Source: a virus
Length of the DNA: 64,000 nucleotides
IMG/VR virus record: IMGVR_UViG_3300009370_000007
Span: 43,023-107,022 of that record
Direction: 5' to 3' (one strand)
Under the pieces are notes generated by a model, which saw nothing but the letters and a program-made list of their open reading frames with translations, was not told where the DNA came from and did no database searches. Made by a program: the position numbers and the translations under genes. Below are positions 9,201 through 20,500 of this stretch, in pieces; positions within the stretch are counted from its first letter, which is position 1, and each line of letters starts with the position of its first letter.

Positions 9201-11502
9201 TGCCGAGCTTTCCAAACCAATTAGTTTTACCCGGAGGAGAAAAATCTTGACTGTGACGAAGAGTGTTTCTGTGCAGCTTATAATGATTTTCAAAAATTCC
9301 ATCCCGGCCTGTTGACTTAATTCTCCTCATTGCCCAAGAATATGACATTCCTCCATGACCACTCGGCAAAGTTGGATCAGTATGGGAACTTTTATATTCT
9401 AATAATCCCATATTAAGTTTGTTGCCCAAAGTACCACAATAAGAAATATCCAATATATTGCTTGGATATGCAACCACCGGATCTGTAGATTGCCCATCAT
9501 ATCGTTGAAATAAAATAAAAGGAATATAAGGAAGTGGATCTGCAAGATGAACAACTCCTGTTGGGCTGCTTCCTTCACTTCCCCAATCGGATCTTCCTCC
9601 TTCTGCTCCAACATCTGTTGCATCCGTTCCTACTGTGACAATTCCTGTTTGGTGAATAAGTCCAGAAAACTGCGGATCAATACCACCAACTTGCCCCGTG
9701 GCAAACTGTAAATTTTTCCATGAGTTTGGATGGGCAGGAAGCCCATATGGCACGTCGGCTTTTTTTGCTCGAATAGATGCAATTTCATAATGAGTTCCGC
9801 CAGCTTCACCACCGGCATCAGCATTAAATTGAAACCTAACTCCTGCAATTTTTGCAGGTTGAATTGTTCCTCCATAACCATTAGTAGCCGGAAGCCGTTC
9901 TCTCGCTGAAAGATATGGAAATCCATAAAGATCCGATCCATTAAGGGCACTATCATCCTTGCTATTCCAGTTCACTCCATTAGGAGTATAAACTGCATAC
10001 TCAGGCAATGTCCAATTACTAATTTCTTTTTTTGATCCAATATAAGAACTGGAAGTAGAAGACACATCAACTTCATTCGTTTTGATTAATTTATCAATTT
10101 CAGTAATGGTAATAGCTGCGCCTCCCTGAGTGTTATAACTTAAAGCTGGAGTATATCCGTAAAGGTATGTTGGTTCTCCAGCGTTCGCAACATCTACTGG
10201 GCTTTGCGTAAACACTATTCGATTAGAATTTGTAAGGGGATATTCTTCAACAAAAGCTGCTGTTACCGTGTCAACTATATTTGAATTTTTATAATGAAGT
10301 TCAAACGTATCTCCTACGTTGATTCCCGATATATCAGTTTCTCCTTTATCTCCATTTAAAATATAATAAATTAAGTCTGAATTAGTACCTTGCCATGACC
10401 AATATGCATCACGAACTTTAAATACTTTATCAGTCAGACTTGATGATGGCACACCACCACCATATGCAGGATCTATTCTAAAATCCCATTCAAGAGTTTT
10501 CCATTCCCCGGGTGTTCCGGCTTGATCTCTTTCCTTTATAGAAAGATGTTCATTAAGAGTATATGTACTATTTTTATTAAAGTGAGGAACAGATATGCTA
10601 GAATCCAAACGAGAATCATAATTATGTGGTTCAGACTGAAATGACCTACTTCGATTTACAACTACTGTATCAGAATTTAAAAGTTCTGCATACGTTATGC
10701 TCGGCGTTACATCTGGAACGGCAGCATTAGGTATAAAAGTATCATAATAATTCATAAACCCAATATCATCTGTTCCAACTGGAGGAAATGCCCAATTACA
10801 AGCAAGATAAATGAATCCCCCGGCAGTACGAGTAATTCTACTTCGATATATTATTTTTTCGCCGGATTTATCATACCCCTTTGGTATAGTCAAAATAAGA
10901 TCAACAACATCCCCCCGATACCACCAATCATCCACATCATCTGAGTAGGGCCAGGTTGCAAGTGTGGTACTAAGATCAGTTCCACTAAATTTTAATTCAA
11001 TTTCCTCTGATTGAAGTCCTTGAATTCTATAATAAGTATATTCTCCAGGCGTTGGTTCAAAGTGTCCCAATTTTGAATTCATGTAAGAATGACGAACAAC
11101 CGACACACTCATTTCACTCGTTGCCGGTTGACCGTATCTAATATTTCTCACATTCATTTCAAGAATTGGATAAGTATTTCCATCTGCTTCAAATGTATGT
11201 ATTGTATCTCCAGTCCTTTCAGTAGGCCACTCAGGACTATAAAGAAATGCGCCATCTCCAGTTTGCTTGAAGATCAGACTTCCGCCACCATTATAAACTG
11301 GGTTATTAGGATTGTCCCATTCTATGGTTGCATTCTCGGCAGTCCAACCTGTAGTTGCCTCCATCTCTGCAAAATCTTTACTGGCAGTTTCGTCAAAGGC
11401 CCCAGGGATGGACACAGCTCTCACATTGGAACCGGGTTTTGAAATCCACAGCCCATGATCTCCGGCATCATTTCTTCCTAGTATTACTCTATCAGTAGAC
11501 AT
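6250..11502 (-). CDS. Putative virion accessory/receptor-binding protein, 1750 aa (paralogue 1)
   Basis: DRVILGR...GLWISKPGSNV N-terminus; directly follows the giant fibre gene. Confidence 0.6.
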   Translation of the reverse strand: MSTDRVILGRNDAGDHGLWISKPGSNVRAVSIPGAFDETASKDFAEMEATTGWTAENATIEWDNPNNPVYNGGGSLIFKQTGDGAFLYSPEWPTERTGDTIHTFEADGNTYPILEMNVRNIRYGQPATSEMSVSVVRHSYMNSKLGHFEPTPGEYTYYRIQGLQSEEIELKFSGTDLSTTLATWPYSDDVDDWWYRGDVVDLILTIPKGYDKSGEKIIYRSRITRTAGGFIYLACNWAFPPVGTDDIGFMNYYDTFIPNAAVPDVTPSITYAELLNSDTVVVNRSRSFQSEPHNYDSRLDSSISVPHFNKNSTYTLNEHLSIKERDQAGTPGEWKTLEWDFRIDPAYGGGVPSSSLTDKVFKVRDAYWSWQGTNSDLIYYILNGDKGETDISGINVGDTFELHYKNSNIVDTVTAAFVEEYPLTNSNRIVFTQSPVDVANAGEPTYLYGYTPALSYNTQGGAAITITEIDKLIKTNEVDVSSTSSSYIGSKKEISNWTLPEYAVYTPNGVNWNSKDDSALNGSDLYGFPYLSARERLPATNGYGGTIQPAKIAGVRFQFNADAGGEAGGTHYEIASIRAKKADVPYGLPAHPNSWKNLQFATGQVGGIDPQFSGLIHQTGIVTVGTDATDVGAEGGRSDWGSEGSSPTGVVHLADPLPYIPFILFQRYDGQSTDPVVAYPSNILDISYCGTLGNKLNMGLLEYKSSHTDPTLPSGHGGMSYSWAMRRIKSTGRDGIFENHYKLHRNTLRHSQDFSPPGKTNWFGKLGNFMNRGEGADYPDHKAQRETSPSESWHPGYDAWWSDVQYQNDIAGRNLALSNWDGTGRPPKVSGIWTRLNSPVVGRNNFKDIYEHPCAVSFPSGALETPTCWDYDTEYDGRYPSGSHATPYNKLYTYGAGAWGALSAGAMPSDTSGVTAEYFADVFRSRWFGPNAVGMPPPYGYSGIDPDEVLADAPWSSSTHFSPIDPRPGTVHEGLNQASQFGLMPQGGRHISSSVTAYGHRYESHPMSPWGETDLSETGHQALTQNFSFMSPMFWGQQRSWRPGYPIGGSSVHSGSESQYNNPIGEPLPDYDNPFLRGDNINGDRGNRNPSENIWGDEGSRGIYRDGWPQVPTGATVNHPMGFPIDGTNGVFFAALQAELEALGYDYGSVDENGRPIYPPQSVSSRQNHFYTGIEYGPTMGHGKWGDSNYLGGRMVSPMGFVAGEKPNEGPRFFSLWGDLHYVSKTDTMGEDNSGVGDQTTQEGYPNLAQINVSPGAVYKWMIIETLKMRTFAYVRAGSDKFEITARGALGREGYEEQSHGTWTRPTYRKFAAGDPNAAPGKSPKPSSLEIMWDQKDHTANGVLPPSIYTAEHISDWGWYGTNFFKNLSGTVVAPGRRTEGDQRHEMLPGFSYGGTAGFYQNSKPPWDWGGAQTWPVEPMNSESIHVARQRDPNESIITRLEFIDGVETPVYTSRDTQYLAEVFTDWRGPETGDGSPQAQLDSSIAEAFGTMGTMQNVNVPAVGALKSGWKPYSSRMTRYGKVSWGRDDMLYGRNARLHQNNADICPKGGGRYNDENNNWYAEGDGDNTVGNTAKFWGWGDPRQILVEDNSSNEPLMPNGISDPWGENYYFFNEAEYRVATPELGVGTGYGCHVQFWPPGGMVNMAYEPTLKGVSPAGGYSSMVRWVQGNDEEQEYPGRATEGIFHPRGVSQYEENYFSGDDDNVDGTEVWKQNQSYDLVNNNESTGKCRYRYYVLRIPANLDAMGGIDV

Positions 11503-11521
11503 ACACTATATATTCCTATAA

Positions 11522-14500
11522 TTAATCTGAAACTATGATACGAGAATTTTCACCATCGAGCGTCATTTTACCACTAGTTCCTATTCCATATTTAGATTTG
11601 AAATCTCCGAGCGTAATACTGCCTGCATTAATTTCATCAACATCCAGGGTTCCGACTGCCCTTGCGAGTTTCGGTCCTGCAAGGAAGTAATGGGCTCCTT
11701 GAGCGTTCGGGGAGATGTTGTCACCAACAGTTCCCCAGGTTCCTACTCTGGCACCAAGAGAAAATTCAACACCCACAGTCATATATGAAATTTCTGGTCT
11801 GACTGTTTGTGGAATTTGGTCTGGACTAATAATTCCACGATCTCGAATCGACCAAACTCTATTGATTTCATGCCCAGACCTTCCATATTCTACTGCTGCC
11901 CCGTTTCCTGTAAAGTTAATTTCTCTCCATCCATACTTATATCTTCCAAAATTTTTGGTTAATGGATCTGCGTCTGTTGTTCCTGCTGAATAAACACTAC
12001 CAGACACATGAGAAAGTCCGGCCGAGGGCTGATGGAATGGTTCTGTCCAGGGCCCTACAATCTTTCCACATCGGGTTCCATCGGCAGCAAAGAATTCTGC
12101 ACAGGCTCTAATGATGTTGTTTGCCTTGCCTGTACGATTCGTTCCTGCCCCATCTTGTAGAGCGCCGTACCTATCCGTATCAGTATCCCAATGATCTGGG
12201 CCCCAGATGTTTTTATCGTCGGGCCCGGGATCGACGGATCTATACCCGGGGTGATTATATCTATCAGTATTTCCGGCCTGCGGGGGTTTTGGTGTGCCAT
12301 CATGGTATAAAGTTCCATGATCCTGAGAATCAAGTTTTCTTGCCCATATTGAGAAAGAGAAAACTGTATTTGCCGGGGAGACAAGTCTTCGATTTGCCGG
12401 GTTGGTCACATCAGTTCCTACATTGGATGTAGGACCAATTGTATATCGCATTTCGTTCCGGCCGGAACCGCCGACAACGTATCCCTCCCCCATTAATTTG
12501 ACTGGATTTTGTGCTTGACCATGAGTACCAAACATTACCTTGTTGTGAGAGATCGCGACTCGCGCCCTGTCGGCCTCCCAATCAGATTGAGAACCAGTTT
12601 CCCAATCAGATTCATACCACCATCCTACGCTTCCTCCATTACTATGGTAGCCAGGGGGAAGCCATACAGACATGAACATCTTACTGTTATCTGCACTCAG
12701 GGTTACTGTTCCCCCGTCTGATGAATATGCATCAGGGTGTGTAATGTGATCTGCCCCATCCTGATAGTCAATAAGACTCCAATGCGTTCCTGCACCACCA
12801 TTGAGTCTGTTAACCTCTGCAACTGTCCAATGTAGATTTGCAGTAATAATATTGCCCGCGGCCGGGTTGAGGTACCCACTAATATCAGGATGACTATAAT
12901 CAAATGTAACATTTGCTGTACACTGGCCATCATTATGACCATTTGCCCATCTATCATAGGCACAATGCGCCCGAATCTGTTCTTCAATTCCATATCCAAT
13001 TGATTCTGTGAGTCCACTATCTACTCCTGTGACTCGATGAACTCCGGGGGATGGATACTGTAGATAACCATGAATAAAATCTGGATCAAAGATTAGATTG
13101 TTATATCCACCGAGAACTTCAAGGTGTCCTGTGAGGATGGCACCCGATCCAATAGATTGACTCGTTAATGTTCCTGCATTAATCTTTTCTCCACTAAGAC
13201 CCTCAATCATTGTGTCGGTAATCTGTACATCACCAGTATCCGCAATCATATCTGCAATTTCGCTGCCGGTGCCGCCTAGTGCTTCAATAACGGACGCATA
13301 ATTTACTGAAACATCACCAATCAATGAATTATCAGTTTCAGGTCTTCCGGCAAAGTCGCCAGCATAGGAGTCCCGTCCTGCTGATCCACGCCAAATTTCA
13401 ACTTCATGAATACTTGGTATTGTTCTAGAATCTGATGTATCGCTAGCAATATGCCAATGCTGTGGGGCCCCGCCATCGCTATCTTGGATTCCGTCAGTCT
13501 CGGCGGCACTAGTCCACCATGTATTACCCACAAAGATCCTCAATGTTCCAACAAATTGACCGACAGGATCTATGGTTGGAAGAGAAATTCCTTCTGGATT
13601 TCTTCCGGCATATTTTGCATTTGTTGGATCTTGTTGTTCTATGGTTGGAAAAAATACTGCATCAGGTCCTGTATTTGCAAGAAGCAACGGTCGAGAGTTT
13701 GCCCATGATTTTGGATCTTCAACAGAACTTACTGTAGGATAATCAGTATCAAGACCAGTAAAGACTCCTGCAACATTTGTCCAAGTTGCTCCGGGGGAAT
13801 CTGCCTTTGCTATGATTGCATATTGATATTTTGTTACTCCGTCTCGTATTCCCGTAGTAAAATCAGTAATATTCTGCCCCCAATAGATATGTATTGAAGT
13901 TGCCCAAAGATGATTATTATAATCTTCCTCATTATTAACAAATGTTGGATGTTGATTTGCTCGAAATTCAATCCAGCTATCTTCGCCATCTTTACCGTGA
14001 CGAGCACCCCGGGTCCAATGGGGTTGATGAAGATATTTGTCACCATCTGCTAATCTATCTAATATTGTTGCAGTCGTTTCATCCTCATAAACAATTCCAC
14101 CACCAGCACCACCCGACGAAGATAACTCTCTGGCCCAGTTACTACTTACCCCCGGTTGATCGACATCCGTAATAATAACATCAGAACTGTTTCGTATGGT
14201 TCTTGGAGAGGCAGGCGCGAGGGACCAAATATCAATAACATCAAAGTCGGGATCTTTAGAAACTCTTGCGTCTCCAATAACTAATATTTCTTTATCGTTC
14301 GGATAAATGTAATGCCAATCCCCTTCACCATCATCATATCTCCATGTAGACCACCCACCAGAACTATTTGCTCGACGAGCCGTGGGCTGGGCAAATGCAA
14401 AATGTCTTGATTCTCCCCCGGTGGCGGGTGAAAAAACTCCTGCCGTTCCAGATATGGCATTAGTCTGATAAAGAATGTATCCATCATCCTTTGTTCCAGT

Positions 14501-17500
14501 TATTCCAACCTTTATTGGACCATGCTTCGCTTCGGTAAGTTTGTGAACTGTAAGGTCGTCGCCAAATTCATCAGTAGTCTCTTCTCTTGTTTGAATAAAT
14601 CCATTTACTGGGGCAGCCTGGGCGTCTTGATTATATCCATGTAGATATGCATATTGGTCATTCACTTGGCTAAAGCCGGGCCCACGTTTGTTCCTAACTG
14701 AAAGGTACAAATGCCGACCATCAGTTGCGCCGGGTTGAAATGGTTTCATCCTATCAATAGTATCACCATCTTCATATACAAACCCACCAAGATCAAGATC
14801 CTGATCTCCGGGGTGAGTAATAAAGAGCCCCTGAATTTCTGGGACTGTCAATACTCGATCATAGTATCTTGCCTCGTCAAAGTTTGCTACCATCTCTTTA
14901 GATGTACCAAAGCCTGATGCAATTCCTCCAAGGTGAACATTAACCGATGGAGCAGGCTGGCTAACTGTTATAGTAGTATTGGTATTTGCATATACAAGAC
15001 CATCATCAACATTATAGATAAAGAATGATTGTTTTGATTTATTGAAATCCCAGGTTGTAACAACAAAATTCCAGGTATTCTGTTTTATGGCACCTGTTCC
15101 GGTAAATGTTCCTCGCTGGCCAGGGCTCGTTCCAAATCCAATATAATGTTCTGGTCCTCCTCCCGCTTCCCAAAACATTGCATTAGAATAATGACCGTTT
15201 GCGCGTCTATCATTAGAAGAATATTCAACCCAAAGGTCTTTTTGCTCTAGTGTGGCATAAGAACGACCTGTTTTATTAGCATTTCCAAATCTACCATAGT
15301 TAGTGTACCCAGCATCCCAAATTGCCGACTCAGTAGCTATATCATCATAGGCAATTGGTTTGAACCATACTGCAAGGGTTCGTTCTTTGGTGTCCTGTCC
15401 CCACAAGGGTTCATCCTCATCAATTAAGTCAACAATTACTCCGGCACCATCAGTTGAACTATTAATTTCGGCATTTGAAGTAAATGAATGTCCTATGATG
15501 GCATCGGTACTCCTATGGAGTTTATTGACCACATTGGCATACCCGTTTTGGTTCGTCCCCGTCACACGAACAAGTGCCGGTCCCATATCTCCTGCATAGT
15601 CATGGAAGACGTTTGCCACCAATCCCTTCGTTCCATTATAAACCTTTGTGGTGCCACCGAATGCCGGGCCACCTCGTTTCAATGCACCTTCTTTGAATGC
15701 TCCATCAAACTTCCAATGCCCCCGAAGACCGTCTGAATCTGGAGCAGCAGGAGGTTGAATTGTTCCAACCAAATACCAACCAGATTTTGCATCGGAACTT
15801 GTATTTGCAAACATATAAATTGAATTTGAAGTTCTATTTGTTGAATTTGCCTGATATACAAATTCAAGATTGAGATCCGTATTCAGCCAGCGATCTCCAT
15901 CGGGCGCAGGATTGGCAATTCCCGACTGTGTTTTTGTTGGATCAGGGCCCCAAGGATTCCAATTTCCTCCACGTTCATGCGACATTCCTTCATAGATCCG
16001 TACTGCGCCATCAGAAAGTCCACGATTCCAATTGATCGACGGACCTTCGTCGGGAGCCATGAAGAAAGTTGGTTCTAGTGCCGAAGCCCCAGCATACGAA
16101 GTATCGCCTGCGACTTGTTCTAATTGGAGTCCTGCAAAATGCCAATTTGTTATAGCACCGGGAGTTGCTGAAAGATGTTGACGAATATCAAGTCTTGGAA
16201 TAATCCGAGTAAATGTATTTGCATATAAATTGTGCGAACCTGTATCATTGGTATATTCATCAATGTCTCCGCTAAGATCAAATAACCAAGATAGACGTTT
16301 CCATTCGTTAACTGCATCGGGGCCCTGCCGTAATTGACTGAGGGAAACATCAGAATATTCCAGCCCCCAAACATAACCACCATGAAAGGCATCCAAAGAA
16401 CCATCTATGGTTGATGAATTTGCCCCAGTAAATGTGGCTCGAACACCATGACCGACTTGAGGAAGAACATCTGTTTTAACATAGGCAGAGAATAACCACT
16501 TACTTGCCTTTGGAATATTGATAGCAAAGTCGGAACCGAAACGCTTTCTGGAGTCTGTGCCCTGAAGCATTGGATTTGTTGTGTTTGCAAATGATAATGC
16601 AACACCATAATTTGGCGAGGCATTAGCAGTCACTACTACCTTTAATGTCCTTCCTCCAACGGGAGATTCTTGAGTATCATCGAAACCAACTGAGGTCACA
16701 ATACTCGAAACTTCTGTGCCCGAATCGGGGACGAGTTCAAGTGCTTGATGAGTAATCGGATAGGGTCGTTGAATTGCTGTTGCAGGAGCATGGGTTAGTG
16801 CGCCAACAATACTATAATCATCATCGCGAGAATCAAATAACGAATATCCCCGTGGCATATAATTCTTGTTGCTGCCCAAAGAAGCCAAATAATTTGTTAG
16901 AAAGAATTTACCGAATGCTCCAAGGGGGGCATAACCGGGGGTACTGCCTGCGCCAATATCATATGTATAGGTATTTGGATTAGCCCAATACCCATCCGGC
17001 CCGGGAGGAATTGTGGCACTAGTATTCTGCCACCGCGAAATGCTCCAACTATTTACTGTTGGATACCTTCCCGTATCTACCCAAATATCACCATTGGCTA
17101 CATTTGGATATGGATTAGTAGGCTGAATAAATGCTACAATTTCGTTGTCATCTAAAATTTCAACCTGTTTAAGTCTCTCTATTAATCCTCCAGAATGATC
17201 TTCACCACTACCAAGAGGTCCAAGGAGACTGTCAAGACCATCTCCGGTAGTCAATGCAGCAGTCACACTCTGAAGAGATGTTTGGGCAGTTTCAAGTCTT
17301 CCTGCATTTCCAGAAAGATTTCGCTCGATCTCAAGAACAGTCTGATCTCTTATTTCATACCAACCAGAATGTCCCTTTGTGGACTTGGGGAATTTTTGAC
17401 CAACAGCAAGATCAGCACCAGGAAACGGATTCGTCGCAGACACATAATAAAATGCTTCACAACCAAGATTCGCCGTACCTGTATCATTGGACACTGCCCA

Positions 17501-20500
17501 GACGGCACTATCATTTGCATGGTATCGGAATACCGCAAAATTATTTGCAGTATCACACCAAAAATCTCCATGAGGATCTGCAACAACTCGACCGTTTTGA
17601 TCGTAACGAGGATCAGGTCCAAAATAATTCGGATCAGTTCCCCGATGATCGGCCAAGTGGGAAATCATTGCTCTATCTGTGAGGCCCCGGCTCCAGCTCA
17701 TTCCCGGTCCTTCGTCCGAAGTAATGTAGGCGCTCGGCAATAGGGCTTCAACATCTGGATGAATTTCTTCTAATTGAAATGCATCAAAATTTATATGGGA
17801 TGCAATATGATCTATTTGAATCCCCGGAATAAGATGAGTTACATTCGCATTATGGCTCTTTGTCAAATCAATAATACATGAATATCGGTGAAATGTCACT
17901 CCATCGGTTGAAGCTGGAAGGTCAACAGCAGAAACGCTATTTGCAAAAATATGAGAAGCCGATCCCACGTTTGAAGTATACCAAGAGAATTTCAATCCAT
18001 CTGTTATTGCTGTGTCTGATTTAACATATGCAGAATAAATCCATTTTCTTCCCTTTGGTACAAGAATTCCATATTTCCTAAAGGTTGCAATATCTGGGGT
18101 TGCAACTGGTTCAGCCGCTCTGGTACTTCTGGTATTTGCAAATAGAATTTGCATATAACTAGAAGTAGTGCCAGCTATTGTCATCTTCAAACTGTTTTCG
18201 CCAATATGTCCTACTGTATCGTCAATTGTAACAGTAGTCGAGTATTGGGGAATACCAATGGCATATGGCGTATTTGATGCCTTGCTAGTCTCTGTTATTA
18301 AATAATCATAATGCTGCTCATCAAACAAAGAGATTGGGCGAGGGAAGTAGTTCTTGGATCGGTTGGTTGCCTCTAGGTATGCCTGTAGATAGAATGAACC
18401 CAGGCCAGAAATCTCATAGTCAGGCGGGCCTTCCCATCTAACCTTTTTTGTCCCTGGAGGAAATCCTGTGTCTGGATTAGTTGGATCGTAAGTAGTTTCT
18501 GAATAATTATTAACAAATGTTGACACGCTCCATGTATTCACACGATCAAAATCATCCAAAACAGAGGTATTAATCCAAACATCATTATTGCCCAATGGAG
18601 TAGGTTCAGTCGGTTGAATGAATGTTTTAATATCTCGATCTGCCTTGGCTGCTGCATCAGCAGCATCTTGAATTCCTTTAAGTGCATCGGATACTGCCGA
18701 ATAGGCTGTTGCATTAACAACATAAATTGATGCATCACGCATCTCATACCAACCCGATTTTGGATTGCTTTCGGCAAGTTTATTATTTGGATAACGGAAT
18801 ACATAGGGAGTGAGATTTGCCGTTCCAGTTCCTTGATATGTTCCAACAGCATTTTGATAATATCGGAAAAGCTGATTATTATTTGAACCGGGTTCTGTAT
18901 TAAGCCACATATCTCCATGAGGACGTTGATTCGGCTGACCCGTAGGAGTGGTTTCTGGAAGTGGTCCGTATCCTCTCCACTTTGCACTAGAAGGATAAGT
19001 CGCGACTTGGATTTGAGCCGCTGAATTTGCAAAGAAGGTAACAACCTTACCAGAAGTTTCACTATAACTTTGTAGATACATCAATCCAATTGCATTGTTC
19101 GGGGCTCGATGCCACGTTAATGTGTTGCCGCCTCCGTCTTCATGGTCAGTTGGGATCATCCCCTCCGAGTCGTGCGCTCCAGAGTTTGCAACAAAGATTG
19201 CACCGAGATTTGCTGTTCCATTTGGATTAACAGTTTTATTTTGATGAATCCAGACATCACCATTTCCTGTTGGCTTAAAATCATCAACATCTGCATTATG
19301 ATTTTCAAAGAATGCAATGATTTCTCGATCTGCTGCTGCCTGGGCGGCGCTAGCAAGAATTTCTGCCGTATAAACTTTTTTATCACGAATATCATACCAA
19401 CCGGAATTGCTGGAGGCTGTTGGAGTTTCTCCTGGTCCATGAATTGCAGCATAGGTATGAGCATGAACTCCTGTTCCTTGATATACTGCACTACTGTTTG
19501 CAAAGTATCGGAACATCATATTGTTGTTTGCACCGGCCTCAGTATTAATCCAGAAATCTCCATGTGGCTCTGGATTTGGATACCCCGAAGGAGTTATTTC
19601 TGGATTTGGACCCATAGGCCCTGGTGCTTCATTCCCATAGAATGCAACAAGTTTTCCGTCTGTAATCCTTCTTCCAAAGATGACTGCTACACCATCGGAA
19701 GGCTCTTTAAATTCAGATGCAGTTCTATTATCCCCAACCGCTTCTTCCAATTGGAATGCATCAAGATTTACAATATTGGCTGTTCGTTTTATTTGAATCC
19801 CTGGAATAATATGAGTAGAATTTGCGCTATCGCCACTCGTTAAATCAATAACACATTCATATCGAGTAAAAACTGTTTCATTATCCTGTTCTATAAGATC
19901 GAAAGCAGAGGAAGTAGCCGGGTATCCAGATGCGTCATACTCACCATTTAAGCCCAAAATATGAGAAGCCGAACCTACATTTGAGGTATACCAAGAAAAT
20001 TTTAATCCACTTGCCAGGGCTTCATTCGATTTAACATAGGCAGAATAAATCCATTTTTTCCCCTTTGGAATAGGAATACCATATTCTCTAAAGGTTGCAA
20101 TATCTGGAGTTGCTCTAGCCAAAACATCACTTTCAGTATTTGCAAACAAAATTTGTAACATAGTACCGGAAGAACCAACAGTTGTTAATTTTAGACTGTT
20201 TTCTCCAATATGTCCTACTGTATCATCAAGAGTAACTGAACCATAGGCATCGTTAAATGTACCAATGACATATGGTATGTCTGATGCCTGTGAATCCTCT
20301 GTTATTAAATAGTCATAAGTCGGTGCATCAAATAACGAAAGTCCACGCGGCATAATATTTGTCCCACGATTAAATTTGCCCAGGACCCCAGCCGCGTAAC
20401 TTTCGAGATACATTCTTCCGATGGCACTATCTGGAGCAGTATTCCAATAAAGTATTTGTCCATCGCGGGTGACGCCAGTATCAATTGAAGGATATTCTCC

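Noticed and set aside
17765-20370. Near-identical fibre repeats as a possible DGR template/variable pair
   Set aside because: Both copies are in-frame coding domains, differences do not look adenine-restricted, and no reverse transcriptase is in the window.
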